Assembly (NCBI RefSeq): GCF_006345805.1
Contig: NC_043026.1
Location: 4,030,001-4,094,000 of the forward strand
From: Octopus sinensis
Taxonomy: Eukaryota
DNA length: 64,000 nt
Direction: 5' to 3'
A program made the translations under genes and the position numbers. Under the pieces are notes generated by a model that was not told the DNA's origin, did not search any database, and was given only the letters and a program-made list of their open reading frames with translations. Position 1 is the first letter of the stretch; every line of letters begins with the position of its first letter. This document shows positions 13,568 through 25,629 of this stretch, one piece after another.

Positions 13568-13996
13568 GGCGATCTTTCGTCTCTAATAGACCTTTCCGTC
13601 GGTTTCCGTAAAAAATTTTTTTTTTTTTACATATGGGCTTGCGGGAACTTTTGAAGTAATGAGAGCGAAAGAGACTAAGAGAAAGCGATTGTATGACGAG
13701 GGAAATTCTTTTGAAGTTACCGTCCAGGGGAAGCATTGATGTACATGTGTGTGTGTGTGTGTGTTTGATGGGGTGTGGGAGACAGACAGTATGTTGTGTA
13801 AGTGAAGTGCTTCTGTTAGTGTGTGAAGAGACAGAGAGAGTAATGTGTGAAAGAGAGAGATAACTGAAATTTTTTACTCGGTGTATGTGTATATGTATGT
13901 ATGCATGTATGTGTATATGTATGTGTGTGTGTATCTATGTATGGAAATCGATTTACGGAAATCGACGGAAAGGTCTACTAGAGACGAAAGATCGCC
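13568..13996. mobile_element. MITE with ~45-bp TIRs, GG...CC termini and 8-bp TSD (Merlin-like)
   Basis: ggcgatctttcgtctctaatagacctttccgtcggtttccgtaaa pairs with tttacggaaatcgacggaaaggtctactagagacgaaagatcgcc. CACATTTT at 13560-13567 and 13997-14004. Confidence 0.8.
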
Positions 13997-14279
13997 CACA
14001 TTTTAGTCCTTATATTTTTTTTAATTAAAAGTCCTCTTAAAGTTGTAATCAATCATAATTTCTTATAAACCACAATATTTATTCAAATGAAAACAATAAA
14101 TAAATTACACAAATTCTTTTCATCACTAATATCAAAGATACGATTCCTGATGAATGAATGGTTTTTGTGCAGAATACAATTTTGATGGAAGACAAATTTT
14201 TCTAAAATAGGTATTTTAATGCCCACTGAATTATTTCAGATGAGGTGTTAGTTGATATTTACTATAAGCAAATGGCCTG

Positions 14280-15235
14280 AAGTTTCGGGAGAGGAGACTA
14301 CTCGATTACACCGACCTCAGTACTCCACTGGTACTTATTTTATCTGAGTTCAAATTCCGCTGAGGTCGACTTTGCCTTTCATCCTTTCGGGGTCGATTAA
14401 ATAAGTACCAGTTACGCACTGGGGCCATGTTATCGACTTAATACCTGTCTGTCCTTGTTTGTTCCCTCTGTGTTTAGCCCCTTGTGGGTAATAAAGAAAT
14501 AGGTATTTCATCTGCCGCTATGTTCTGGGTTCAAATTCCGCTGAGGTCGACTTTGCCTTTCATCCTTTCGGGGTCGATTAAATAAGTACCAGTTACGCAT
14601 TGAGATAGATATAATCGACTTAATCCGTTTGTCTGTCCTCTCTGTGTCTAGCCCCTTGTGGGTAGTAAAGAAATAGGTACTTATTTTATCGAATCCGAAA
14701 AGATTAAAGGTAAAGTCAGTCGATTATATCGATCTCAGTGCGTAACTGGTACTTATTTAATCGCCCCCGAAAGGATGAAAGGCAAAGTCGACCTCGGCGG
14801 AATTTGAACTCAAAACGTAGCGACGGGCGAAATACCTATTTCTTTACTACCCACAAGGGGCTATAAACACAGAGGGGACAAACAAGGACAGACAAACGGA
14901 TTAAGTCGATTATATCGACCCCAGTGCGTAACTGGTACTTATTTAATCGCCCCCGAAAAGATGAAAGGCAAAGTCGACACCGGCAGAATTTGAACTCAAA
15001 ACGTAGCGACGGGCGAAATACCTATTTCTTTACTAACCACAAGGGGCTAAACACAGAGGGGACAAACGGATTAAGTCGATTTTATCGACCCCAGTGCGTA
15101 ACTGGTACTTATTAAATCGACCCCCGAAAAGATGAAAGGCAAAGTCGACCTCGGCGGAATTTGAACTCAGAACTTAACGGCAGACGAAATACCGATAAAT
15201 ATTTTGCCCGGCGTGCTAACGATTCTGCCAGCTCT
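14280..15235. mobile_element. Cluster of SINE family B copies, tandem and inverted
   Basis: gagttcaaattccgc.gaggtcgactttgcctttcatcctttcggggtcga: two + copies (14345-14690) and about three - copies (14720-15235). Confidence 0.85.
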
Positions 15236-17165
15236 ACACGAATTCCACGTCTTATAAAGATTGAAAACGATGCTTTAATTCGTTGTTTTAGGTGTAGGAA
15301 TCCCTAATGAAAAATCAAAAACAAGATTTAATGAATCAAAAAGTTTATTTGAATTAAATAACAAAAAAAGAAAGAGAAGATAGAGAAAAGTACGCAGTGA
15401 GGAGGAAGAAGAATAAGGCGGAGTGATACATTGAAATGTAAATCGGTCTTACGGTTGGCAAGACCAGACTTTGCACAAACAAGGTGCATAAAAAAAGACC
15501 ACCTCCCCCCACCACAAATAAATCATTATTTTGGCGGCAAATCTAACCTGCAGATCATGGAAATGTAACATTAGATAAGAATAACACATTCGAAATGAAA
15601 AAATTACGTCCGAAAATTCGATTTGATTTACTTATAATAGTGGCAGTATGTGTTCGTAACCAAATGACTTATTCATCATATGTTCAATAGAGCCATTACA
15701 AAACCCTCCCCCATCTTTCCTTTACAGAAACAAGGGTAAGAGGTACGGTGTAGTGATACACAAAGATTGACCTCAAATGTAAATCGGTCGGTAAAGGGAT
15801 AGGTTGTTAGGCGTGTGTGTGTGTATGTATGTACGTACGTACGTGTGTGTCGATGTATGGATTGAATGAGGGAGGGAGAGGTGATTTGTTCTCGAGATAT
15901 ACCGAGTAAATTTTTCCCTTGTTATTTGTTGTGATGGAAAGATAAAACTCTTAATACACATTAAGCTAAATAGCTTTCCAAAATACCTCTTGTGGTAAAT
16001 ACAGATAAGAGATACATAAGGGATTATAGCTCGTAGCGGAGTGATACATATTTAGAAACACACATATAGAATCACACACACACACATATATATGTATAAA
16101 TGTATATGCATATATACACATTGAATTGGCTGACCTAAAAAAAAGCAACTAAAAAAATTAAATCATTAACAAAATCAAATAAACAAAAATGCGAATCGGT
16201 CGGTCGTTGGTTCGTTATTGGCAGAGGTGACAATTTTTTTGCTCTGATCCCCGAAACGGTCGCCTTTGAACGAAAAAAGGGGAAAATCGTCACGAATATA
16301 AATTAATAACAAAGGGGGTATTTTCCGGAACATGGTAAAAAGAAGCTTCGGAGCCAAAAGCCGATCAGAGAGAGAGAAGGAATTCGTTGGGGGGTGGTGG
16401 TTGTTATGCATGTATGTTATATGTATGACGATCACCGTTGATTAATTGGTTAATTAATTAATTAATTAGTAGTAAATTAAATAGTAGCGAATTTTTTTTT
16501 TAATTATTTTTTTTTTTACGGTTATTGTTGAGAGAAGAGAGAAAGAAGAAAGAATACAAAAGGATCTTGGTAAGTTAATTATTTTCATCGTCGCCATTGA
16601 TACTATATATATATATGTATATATATATGTGTGTGTGTATACATATATATGTGTGTGTATATATGTATATATACACCATGTATGTGTGTATAATATGTAT
16701 ATGAACATACCTATATCATACAAGCGTGGTATATTATATATATATATAATATATATATGCATGTGCGTGTAAGTGTATGAGCATGTATCGATATATGAAT
16801 ATGTATATGATGTAGGTGTATATACGTTATATACAGAATCCTGGATGTATATACGAGGTATATATACATGCCAATACAATCCACCTCTACACTGCATTGC
16901 TTGTGTGTATAAAGATTTGTGTTATATACATAGTTGTGAATGTATATACAAAACATATCCATAGACTATCTACATTGTATATATGGCGATGCTTATATAT
17001 ATATACATATATATATATATGTATATATATGGCGATGCTTATATATATGTGTGTGTATATATTATAATTGTGTATTTTTGAGCGAGTGTCGGTTTCGTTG
17101 GCGGTCTTCTAACCTCGTGCGTGAAGAACAAAATGAACGTTGGTTTTGTTGTTTTGGTGCTTGGA

Positions 17166-17184
17166 GGGAAGCGGAAGTCGGAAA
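17166..17184 (+). promoter_or_regulatory. Tandem ETS/GABP-type GGAA sites upstream of the first coding exon
   Basis: GGGAAGCGGAAGTCGGAAA, three GGAA cores 6-7 bp apart in CpG-containing unique sequence. Function inferred. Confidence 0.4.
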
Positions 17185-17234
17185 GATAATGTCCTTTTCC
17201 GTTTTACAGAAGAAAAATAACATCATATACGTAT

Positions 17235-17299
<65 letters not shown>

Positions 17300-18527
17300 T
17301 GCATATAAATTATATATATATATATATATGTGTGTGTGTATTTATGGTTTGCATTCCACCATATGTAACTTCCGTTATATATATATCTTTCTCTCTGTGT
17401 GTATATAGATATAATATACATAAGTATATATATATATATACAAAATGAGAAAATGAAGAAATATATCTAAATCATTCATCAACTATCAGATAATACCGAA
17501 TCATATACTTTATTAAAACACTACACAAGAGCATTAAGATTAGACATTAATACAGTACAATAATTACAATCAATATGAGGTACAACTAAATAAATATAAC
17601 AAGATATAAAAATACATATACATTATAACTGACTTATACATATGCGGTGTTCATAGATTATTACCTTTAGTTTACGGATTTTATTGTATCAAATTGTAAA
17701 GGTAATTTATGGACACACACTCACATATATGCAATTGTGTGTGTAGAATTAATGGAGTCAGTGCCCGTTTATTGGGTGTAACCCAAGTTCTGATTGTGTT
17801 CTTTATTATATATATATATATAATGTGTGTGCATAAACCATCTGTAGACATGAGACGTATAAATTCACGTTATATATATATATTTATCACATGTAAATTT
17901 GTATATAATCGCACATGTCACTTGTTGGAAATGGTCACGTCTACATTATATGTTCGCTAGTAGTACCACATTATATATAATATATATATACATACACGTA
18001 TGTGTATATAAATGTCACAATGCAGTTGATTGTGCACACCCTTACATTTCTGTCTCTTTGAATATTTATATATATTCACTTTTGTGTATATATTGAATAG
18101 ACGCAATGCCTATGAATAAATGTAATATGTATGATTATATTCACATATATGCTTGGTAATGTGTATAAATATATTTACCTATATAGTATTTGTATATGTG
18201 TGTATATATATGTATAGTATATTTTGTGTATAATATATATATACACTTATACATGTTTTGTGATAAGTGTATACGACATAAGTGAAAAACGACACGCTGG
18301 AATTTCCTAATGCTTACCAATATTCTTAATTATACAGCTTTATTGTTTATGAAGTATAACTATAATTCTATAATCAACACTAATTAAGTATGCCTAATTT
18401 GTCTTAATGACCACAAACCCCTTTCATTGGATCATAAAGAATTATTTCGTCAACACGTGTGGGTGAGATCCCGAAACTTCCGCCAAAATTCTGGAAGCTT
18501 GGAGTTTTATACTTTATAAAATATGTG

Positions 18528-18885
18528 AAGGCGTAATGGCCTAGTGGTTAGGGCAGCCGAATCGCGGATGTAGGATCGCGGGTTCGGTTGTCAGATTGGG
18601 CGTTGTGAGTGTTTATTGAGCAAAAACATCTAAAGTTCCACGAGGCTCCGGTGCGTGTGGAATGACCCAGTTGTACTCTTTCACCACAACTTTCTCTCGC
18701 TCTTGTATCTGTTATACCTGTATTTCAAAGGGGCCAGACTTGTCACGCTGAATCTCCCCCCCGAGAACTACAATACGGGTACACGTGTCTGTGGAGTGCT
18801 CAGCCACTTGCACGTTAATTTCACGAGCAGGCTGTTCCGTTGATCGGATCAACTGGAACCCTCGTCGTCGTAACCGACGGAGGGC
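18528..18885 (+). mobile_element. tRNA-derived SINE family C, long tail type
   Basis: Head ggcgtaatggcctagtggttagggcag...ggttcggttgtc; tail ...ttcacgagcaggctgttccgttgatcggatcaactggaaccctc. Confidence 0.8.
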
Positions 18886-18964
18886 CAAGATAAAATATAC
18901 CCTATAACGGTAATTAACTCAGATTAATTATACCTGTGGACCATGAACTTCCATCTGTACATAT

Positions 18965-19435
18965 TAGATAGATTGGATGGACAGGCAAATAGATGGATGG
19001 TCAGATAGATAGATAGACAGATGGGCAGGCAGATAGATAGTTAGATTGGATGAATGGATAGATAGAGATAGATAGATTGGGTGGATGGATGGATAGATAG
19101 ATAGACAGGCAGATAGCTAGTTAGATTGGATGGATGGATAGATAGAGATAGATAGATTGGATGGATGAATGGATAGATAGATTGGGTGGATGGATGGATA
19201 GATAGATAGACAGGCAGATAGCTAGTTAGATTGGATGGATGGATAGATAGAGATAGATAGTTAGATTGGATGGATGGATAGACAGGCAGATAGATAGTTA
19301 GATTGGATGGATGGATAGATAGACAGGCAGATAGATAGATGGACAAGCAGATAGAGGGATGGATGGACAGGCAGATAAATAGATGGACAAGCAGATAGAT
19401 AGAGGGATGGATGGACAAGCAGATGGATAGTTAGA
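18965..19435. repeat. Compound (GATA)/(GGAT)/(GACA) microsatellite
   Basis: Direct reading. Confidence 0.9.
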
Positions 19436-19552
19436 TAGTCTTTTTTTTGTTAATATTTTATCAAGATAATCATAATCCATGCCCTCGAAAATGTAATTTT
19501 GGAATTCCTACATTTAAAAAGTAAAAAGATATGGATTTTAAAGGGAATTATA

Positions 19553-19960
19553 GGCGCAGGAGTGGCTGTGTGGTAAGTAGCTTGCTAACCAACCACATGG
19601 TTCCGGGTTCAGTCCCACTGCGTGGCATCTTGGGCAAGTGTCTTCTACTATAGCCCCGGGCCGACCAATGCTTTGTGAGTGGATTTGGTAGACGGAAACT
19701 GAAAGAAGTCTGTCATATATATGTATGTATATATATATATATATGCATATGTGTGTTTGTGGGTCTGTGTTTGTCCCCCTAGCATTGCTTGACAACCGAT
19801 GCTGGTGTGTTTACGTCCCCGTCACTTAGCGGTTCGGCAAAAGAGACCGATAGAATAAGTACTGTGCTTACAAAGAATAAGTCCCAGGGTCGATTTGCTC
19901 GACTAAAAGGTGGTGCTCCAGCATGGCCGCAGTCAAATGACTGAAACAAGTAAAAGAGTA
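19553..19960 (+). mobile_element. SINE family A, full length
   Basis: ggcgcaggagtggctgtgtggtaag (A box), ggttcagtccc (B box), internal (TA)/(TG), tail gactgaaacaagtaaaagag. Confidence 0.9.
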
Positions 19961-20290
19961 AATAACAGAAGTAGGGGAGACTCCTTTCAGTTATGGTAAT
20001 ACACACACACACACATACACATACATATAGATGTGCCTAGGAGGGGTTACTGATTACAAAACTATGTCTCGTAATGCACAGTGTATCTAGGACAATGTCG
20101 TTCTTGTGTGCTCTCTGCTATGTTCCACGATATTTGATTGCTTGAACAGCAATGCATCTTGTTGAGTGTAATATGAGACAGACGGTGAGTCTGTACTCTA
20201 AGGAACTCCCTCTTTAGTTCATGTGGATATGTATGTGTATGTGTGTGTATATATTATTCATTTGACTGTGGCCATGCTGGAGCACCACCT

Positions 20291-21284
20291 TAACCCTTTT
20301 GGTTACCATATTTCTGTTGAGATGCTCTGTGTTTCTTTCAATTAATTATAAATATAACAAAGAATTTAGTAAAATAACTTCATTACCATTAAGCTAGTGT
20401 TAGGAATATAAATTATAACAAAATATAACAAAGAATTTAGTAAAATAACTTCATTACCATTAAGCTAGTGTTAGGAATATAAATTATAACAAAATATAAC
20501 AAAGAATTTAGTAAAATAACTTCATTACCATTAAGCTAGTGTTAGGAATATAAATTATAACAAAATATAACAAAGAATTTAGTAAAATAACTTCATTACC
20601 ATTAAGCTAGTGTTAGGATCCTAAATTATAACAAAATATAACAAAGAATTTAGTAAAATAACTTAGTTATCATAGGCAGATGGACATTAGAAGCAGTTGA
20701 AAGGGTGAGGATTTAAGGAAATTTAGGCTATTATTTCTAGCATATAGAGTGACCACATTGAGGTCTCCTTCTCTCATGTTTTCTGCTGATTATTTTTCTT
20801 CTTAACCCTTTTGTTACCATATTTCTGTTGAGATGCTCTGAGTTTCTTTTAATTAATTTTAAGTATAACAAAGAATTTAGTAAAATAACTTAGTTATCAT
20901 TCAGCTGGTGTTAGGAATATAAATTGCGACTAAGGTTTGGTGGAAGATTTTCATTCAAAACTTATGAAAACAAGACATTTGTACTACAGAGCCAGAGGTG
21001 GTTTCAACCAGGTTGGTAACAAAAGGGTTAAGAATTGTTTCTCTATTATATATTTTAACCCTTTTGTTACCATATTTCTATTGAGATGCTCTGTGCTTCT
21101 TTGAATTAATTTTAAATATAACAAAGAATTTAGTAAAATAACTTAGTTATCATTCAGCTAGTGTTAGGAACATAAATTGTGACTAAGATTTGGTGGAAGA
21201 TTTTAATTCAGAAATTATGAAAACAAGACATTTGTACTACAGAGCCAGAGGCGGTTTCAGGCAGGTTGGTATCAAAAGGGTTAA
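20291..21284 (+). mobile_element. Cluster of piggyBac-like TTAA MITEs (family F, ~222 bp), one with an internal 71-bp x5 tandem
   Basis: TTAA|CCCTTTTGTTACCA...TGGTAACAAAAGGG|TTAA at 20806-21027; similar copy at 21059-21280. Confidence 0.85.
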
Positions 21285-21599
21285 AAGGTTTTCATTTTTT
21301 TGGCCGAAGAAATCAACCTCAAGACTTATACATTTTTTGGTATAACTACAGAAGTATCCCCACCCCACAGACTTTGTTGCTGCATAAATTCCAGAAAAAT
21401 AGATACTTTCTAACAAAACTTTCAACAAATAATCACTTAAATTCTGTAGACTGGGTGTTTGTAAAGATGTGTTGGAAAAAATTTTTCCAGGGAGTTGGGG
21501 AGAAGAATTTCGGAAGATTGACACGACCTGATATTTTCAGAAAAATGGGTATTTTTTAATGAAATTTCTTAAAGATAACTTTCAAACGGTGGTAGGACA

Positions 21600-21843
21600 G
21601 TAGTCGCCCATGCATACCAACCTTCCCTCTCCACATCACTGATGTTATCCAAGGGAAAGGCAAAGGGGGTCGATACAGCTTGGCACCAGTGACATCCCAA
21701 CTCATTTCTACAACTGAGTTAACTGGAGCAACGTGAAATAAAGTGTCTTGCTCAAGAACACAACACGCAGCCTGGTCCAGGAATTGAACTCCCAACCTCA
21801 CGATCGTAAGCTTGATGCTCTAACCACTGAGCCATGCACCTTC
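21600..21843 (-). mobile_element. tRNA-derived SINE family E
   Basis: Minus strand head tgaaggtgcatggctcagtggttagagc...gagttcaattcc; body ttgagcaagacactttatttcac. Confidence 0.8.
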
Positions 21844-22829
21844 ATATATATATATACACACATATTATACATTAGGGTGTGGTTTGAGGAAGATTTGGCT
21901 GCTATTTCTACCAGGTATAGCTACCATGTAGAGGTCTTCATCATTAGCATATACTTAATTCAGTTGTAGAGGTCTCTGTCAGGGGCTCATTCATACAGAA
22001 GACAGTGGAGTGTGATTTGACTGAGATTTGGCTGCTATTTCTACCAGGCCTGTCTACTATGCTGAGATCTCATTGGTTTGTAAACACATATATGCCTATA
22101 TAACACTGTAGGGTGATTTGAGGGAAATTCGGCTGCTATTTCTAGTAGGTTGTATGTCCATATTGAAGCTCTCTTGTTACCTAAGTGGTGATGATTAATG
22201 TTGTTTAGCCCCAGGTGATCCAGCAAACAGGCATATGATCAAAAAACTTTCCATTTATGACCATCCAGTCTTTTATTCATGCATAATGTAACTTGGGTCT
22301 ACGTTATCTAATGCATCATTTATCATGACCGTTTAGCCCCAGGTTGGCCCTGATCCTTTATAGGCATGATCAAATGCATTCCAGCCATGACCAGATTTTT
22401 TATTTTTTATATTTAAGATTAATTTTCCAATATGTCTGACCTCTGTCTGAAAAGTGGAAAGTGATTTGAGGGAATTTTGGCTACTGTTTTGTGTACGTCA
22501 ATGAATAACCTCACAGCAGTTTCTATAGTCATAGAATTTGCTTTGTTTAACCAAGTGTTTCTCGACCACTTTTTGCCTATCAACTCCTTTGATTCCTAAT
22601 TTCATGTGGCACCAGCACAGGTTTCCGTGCTTTTTCACATGGTACCGAAAATGCAAAATAAACAATTCAACAATGATTGGACTTCAAGTTGTGTCAAATT
22701 AACCTTTTAGAATTTAAACCAGCCATATCCAGCCACAATATTCTACAATATTTCATGTTCAAATTGGATGGATCTGGCCTCTTTCACCTATCATACAATG
22801 TCATTCTAAAAATAAACAATCACATCATC

Positions 22830-23035
22830 ATCATCATTGTTTAACGTCCGCTTTCCATGCTAGCATGGGTTGGACGATTTGACTGAGGGCTGGCGAACCA
22901 GATGGCTGCACCAGGCTCCAATCTTGATCTGGCAGAGTTTTTACAGCTGGATGCCCTTCTTAACACCAACCACTCGGAGAGTTTAGTGGGTGCTTTTACG
23001 TGGCACCGACACGAGGGCCAGTGAGGCAGTACTGA
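22830..23035 (-). mobile_element. RTE LINE 3' UTR fragment (family D, (GAT)n tail)
   Basis: Matches the family ending ...gcatggaaagcggacgttaaacgatgatgat. Confidence 0.75.
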
Positions 23036-23041
23036 CATAAG

Positions 23042-23445
23042 GTAGCGAGCTGGCAGAAACGTTAGCACGCCGGGCGAAATGCATAGCTGTATTTCGTCTG
23101 CATTTGCGTTCTGAGTTCAAATTCCGCCGAGGTCGACTTTGCCTTTCATCTTTTCAGGGTCGATAAATTAAGTACCAGTTACGCACTGGGGTTGATATAA
23201 TCGACTTAATTCGTTTGTTTGTCCTCTCTGTGTTTAGCCCTTGTGGGTAGTAAACAAATAGGTATTTCATCTGCCGTTACGTTCTGAGTTCAAATTCCAC
23301 CGAGGTCGACTTTGCCTTTCATCCTTTCGGGGTCGATAAATTAAGTACCAGTTACGCACTGGGGTTGATATAATCGACTTAATTCGTTTGTCTGTCCTTG
23401 TTTGTCCTCTCTGTGTTTAGCCCCTTGTGGGTAGTAAAGAAATAT
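23042..23445 (+). mobile_element. SINE family B with internal duplication
   Basis: gagctggcagaaacgttagcacgccgggcgaaat head; body present twice. Confidence 0.85.
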
Positions 23446-23816
23446 ATATTTGGTAGTATCGTTGTTGTTACGACAGCTGTGGGTGGTAAAAATCGGTAGA
23501 TAGATAACACAGACTCGAGTTCAAATCTCTGTTTTTAGCCCCTTGTGGGTAGTAAAGAAATAGGTACTGACATGAACTGATTTTGGGATCGATCTGGTAC
23601 CGGACAAGGATTCTGGATTATTTTCTTCCAGTTTTTTTACTTATTTTTTGAGAGTGGTCGGGTCCATTTTTAGCATTCTCATTTGTGAGAGCAGTCAAGT
23701 TTATTTCAGATATTATTATTATTATTATTATTGCTTTTCTTTCACTCAGGTATTCATCATCTTCTGAATTGGCAACTGGCTTTTCCTAGTCATATTTGTC
23801 AGGCCAGGGCCACGTA

Positions 23817-23924
23817 ATGTCGTTGGTTGAACTGGGTAAGCAGTTGCTTGACGCTGCCAAGAGAGGTGACACAGACGAAGTCAGGACCCTGATGTCAAAT
23901 GGAGCCCCTTTCACCACAGACTGG
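23817..23924 (+). CDS. GABPB1: GA-binding protein beta, coding exon 1 ([36 protein letters not shown])
   Basis: Close match to the GABPB N-terminus (human [36 protein letters not shown]). In-frame TAG upstream at 23787; donor gtgagt at 23925. Confidence 0.97.
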
Positions 23925-24245
23925 GTGAGTTTAACAGTTCTTTCTAGTCTTCTATTATTCGTCTTGGTACATATAACATACCAGCAACACAACATTGGAG
24001 TGGTGAAGGCTGGATTCACCTACACTATCTACAACAGGGGTTCTCAATTGGGGTCCATATGGCCCTATAGGGGCCTGTACAAATTTTTTTTTTAAGAACT
24101 ATGCTCAGTAAATTGGCTCTGCTTCTAAAATGCACAAATGCTCAAAATATTTTAGGCGTGGCTCTGTGGTAAGAAGCTTGCTTCCCAACCACATGGTTCT
24201 GGGTTCAATCACACTGGATAGCTCCTTGGGCAAGTGTCTTCTATG

Positions 24246-24278
<33 letters not shown>

Positions 24279-24297
24279 TATATATATGTGTGTGTGT

Positions 24298-24575
24298 GGA
24301 GGCGCAATGGCCTAGTGGTTAGGGCAGCGGTCGCAGGATCGCGGTTTCGATTCCCAGACCGGGCGTTGTGAGTGTTTATGGAGCGAAAACACCTAAAAAG
24401 CTCCACGAGGCTCCGGCAGGGTGTGGTGATCCCTGCTGTACTCTTTCTCCCACTCTTTCTTCTGTTGGCCTGCTCGCTTAGCCAGCGGAGTGGCGTCATT
24501 CGAAGGCTAAAAAACAATGCTAACGCATTGTGACCAGCGATGTGTAACAACATCTGATGGTCTGGTCGGTCACAT
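24298..24575 (+). mobile_element. SINE family C, short tail type
   Basis: Same head as 18528; tail ...gcattgtgaccagcgatgtgtaacaacatctgatggtctggtcggtcac. Confidence 0.85.
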
Positions 24576-24579
24576 GATA

Positions 24580-24631
<52 letters not shown>

Positions 24632-24839
24632 TCATCACTGTTTAATATCTGTTTTCCATGCTGGCATGGGTTGGATGGTTTGACAGGAGCTGGCCAGCCA
24701 GGGAGTTGTCCAAACCCCAAATTGCCTGTTGTTGCATAGTTTCTACTGCTTGATGCCCTTCCTAATACCACCCACTTTACAGATTGACCTAGGTGTTTTT
24801 TTACATGCCACTAGCCCACACACATCATCATCATCATCA

Positions 24840-25225
24840 TCATCATCATCGTTTAACGTCCGTTCTCCATGCTAGCATGGGTTGGACGGTTCGACTGGGG
24901 ATCTGGGAAGCCAGAAGGCTGCACCAGGCTCCAGTCTTATCTGGCAGTGTTTCTACAGCTGGATGCCCTTCCTAACGCCAACCACTCTGTGAGTGTAGTG
25001 GGTGCTTTTTACGTGCCACCTGCACTGGTGCCAGGCGAGGCTGGCATCGGCCATGGTTGGATTGGTGCATTTTACGTGCCACCTGCACGGAAGCCAGTCG
25101 AGGCGGCACTGGCTTCGGCCACGATTCGGATGGTGCTTTTTACGTGCCACCGACACGGAAGCCAGTCGAGGCGGCGCTGGCATCGGCCACGATTCGGATA
25201 GTGCTTTTTACGTATCTCCAGTCCA
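24840..25225 (-). mobile_element. RTE LINE 3' UTR (family D) with 68-bp repeats
   Basis: (CAT)n followed by aacgtccgttctccatgctagc; internal gtgcttttacgtgccacc units. Confidence 0.8.
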
Positions 25226-25303
25226 GGGGTGCTGATATATCGCGTGTGTACTGTTGGCGATTTTTTTCCTGTCTTCCCTTCTCTGGATCTTTCCTTCTCC
25301 TAT

Positions 25304-25338
25304 GTTTCCGACGAAGAGCTCCGCTCGAAACGTTAAAC
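25304..25338 (+). ncRNA. Minimal type I hammerhead-like motif (U4C variant) in a Penelope-like fragment
   Basis: gttt-CCGACGA-A-gagc(tcc)gctc-GAAA-C-GTT-aaac. Confidence 0.45.
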
Positions 25339-25629
25339 CCTCCTTCTTCCCTTCTTCCTGAGCGTCCAATAATATTATATTTGTTCCACGTCCTCGCGTT
25401 GTTGTGTTTTTTGTGCTTTCATGTTTGGATTAACTTTATATATATATAATGGACTTTATTCAGTTCAAAGGTGCCACGCAGTGGGACTGAACCCAGAACC
25501 ATGTGTTCGCAAGCAAACTTTGGTTCTCAGATTTCATAAGCTATACAACTATAATGTTTACATGCTGTTCATTATAACCGTGTGTGATGCACTTCAACAG
25601 TCATTATTCCAAAACAGAATTATTTCATA

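Noticed and set aside
19553-19625. tRNA genes (also 24298, 30460, 47336, 56480)
   Set aside because: A/B boxes are present, but they are SINE heads continuing into repeat bodies with no intact cloverleaf.
23796-23816. N-terminal extension MSGQGHV of GABPB from the ORF track
   Set aside because: Starts at a TTG; the ATG at 23817 matches the conserved start.
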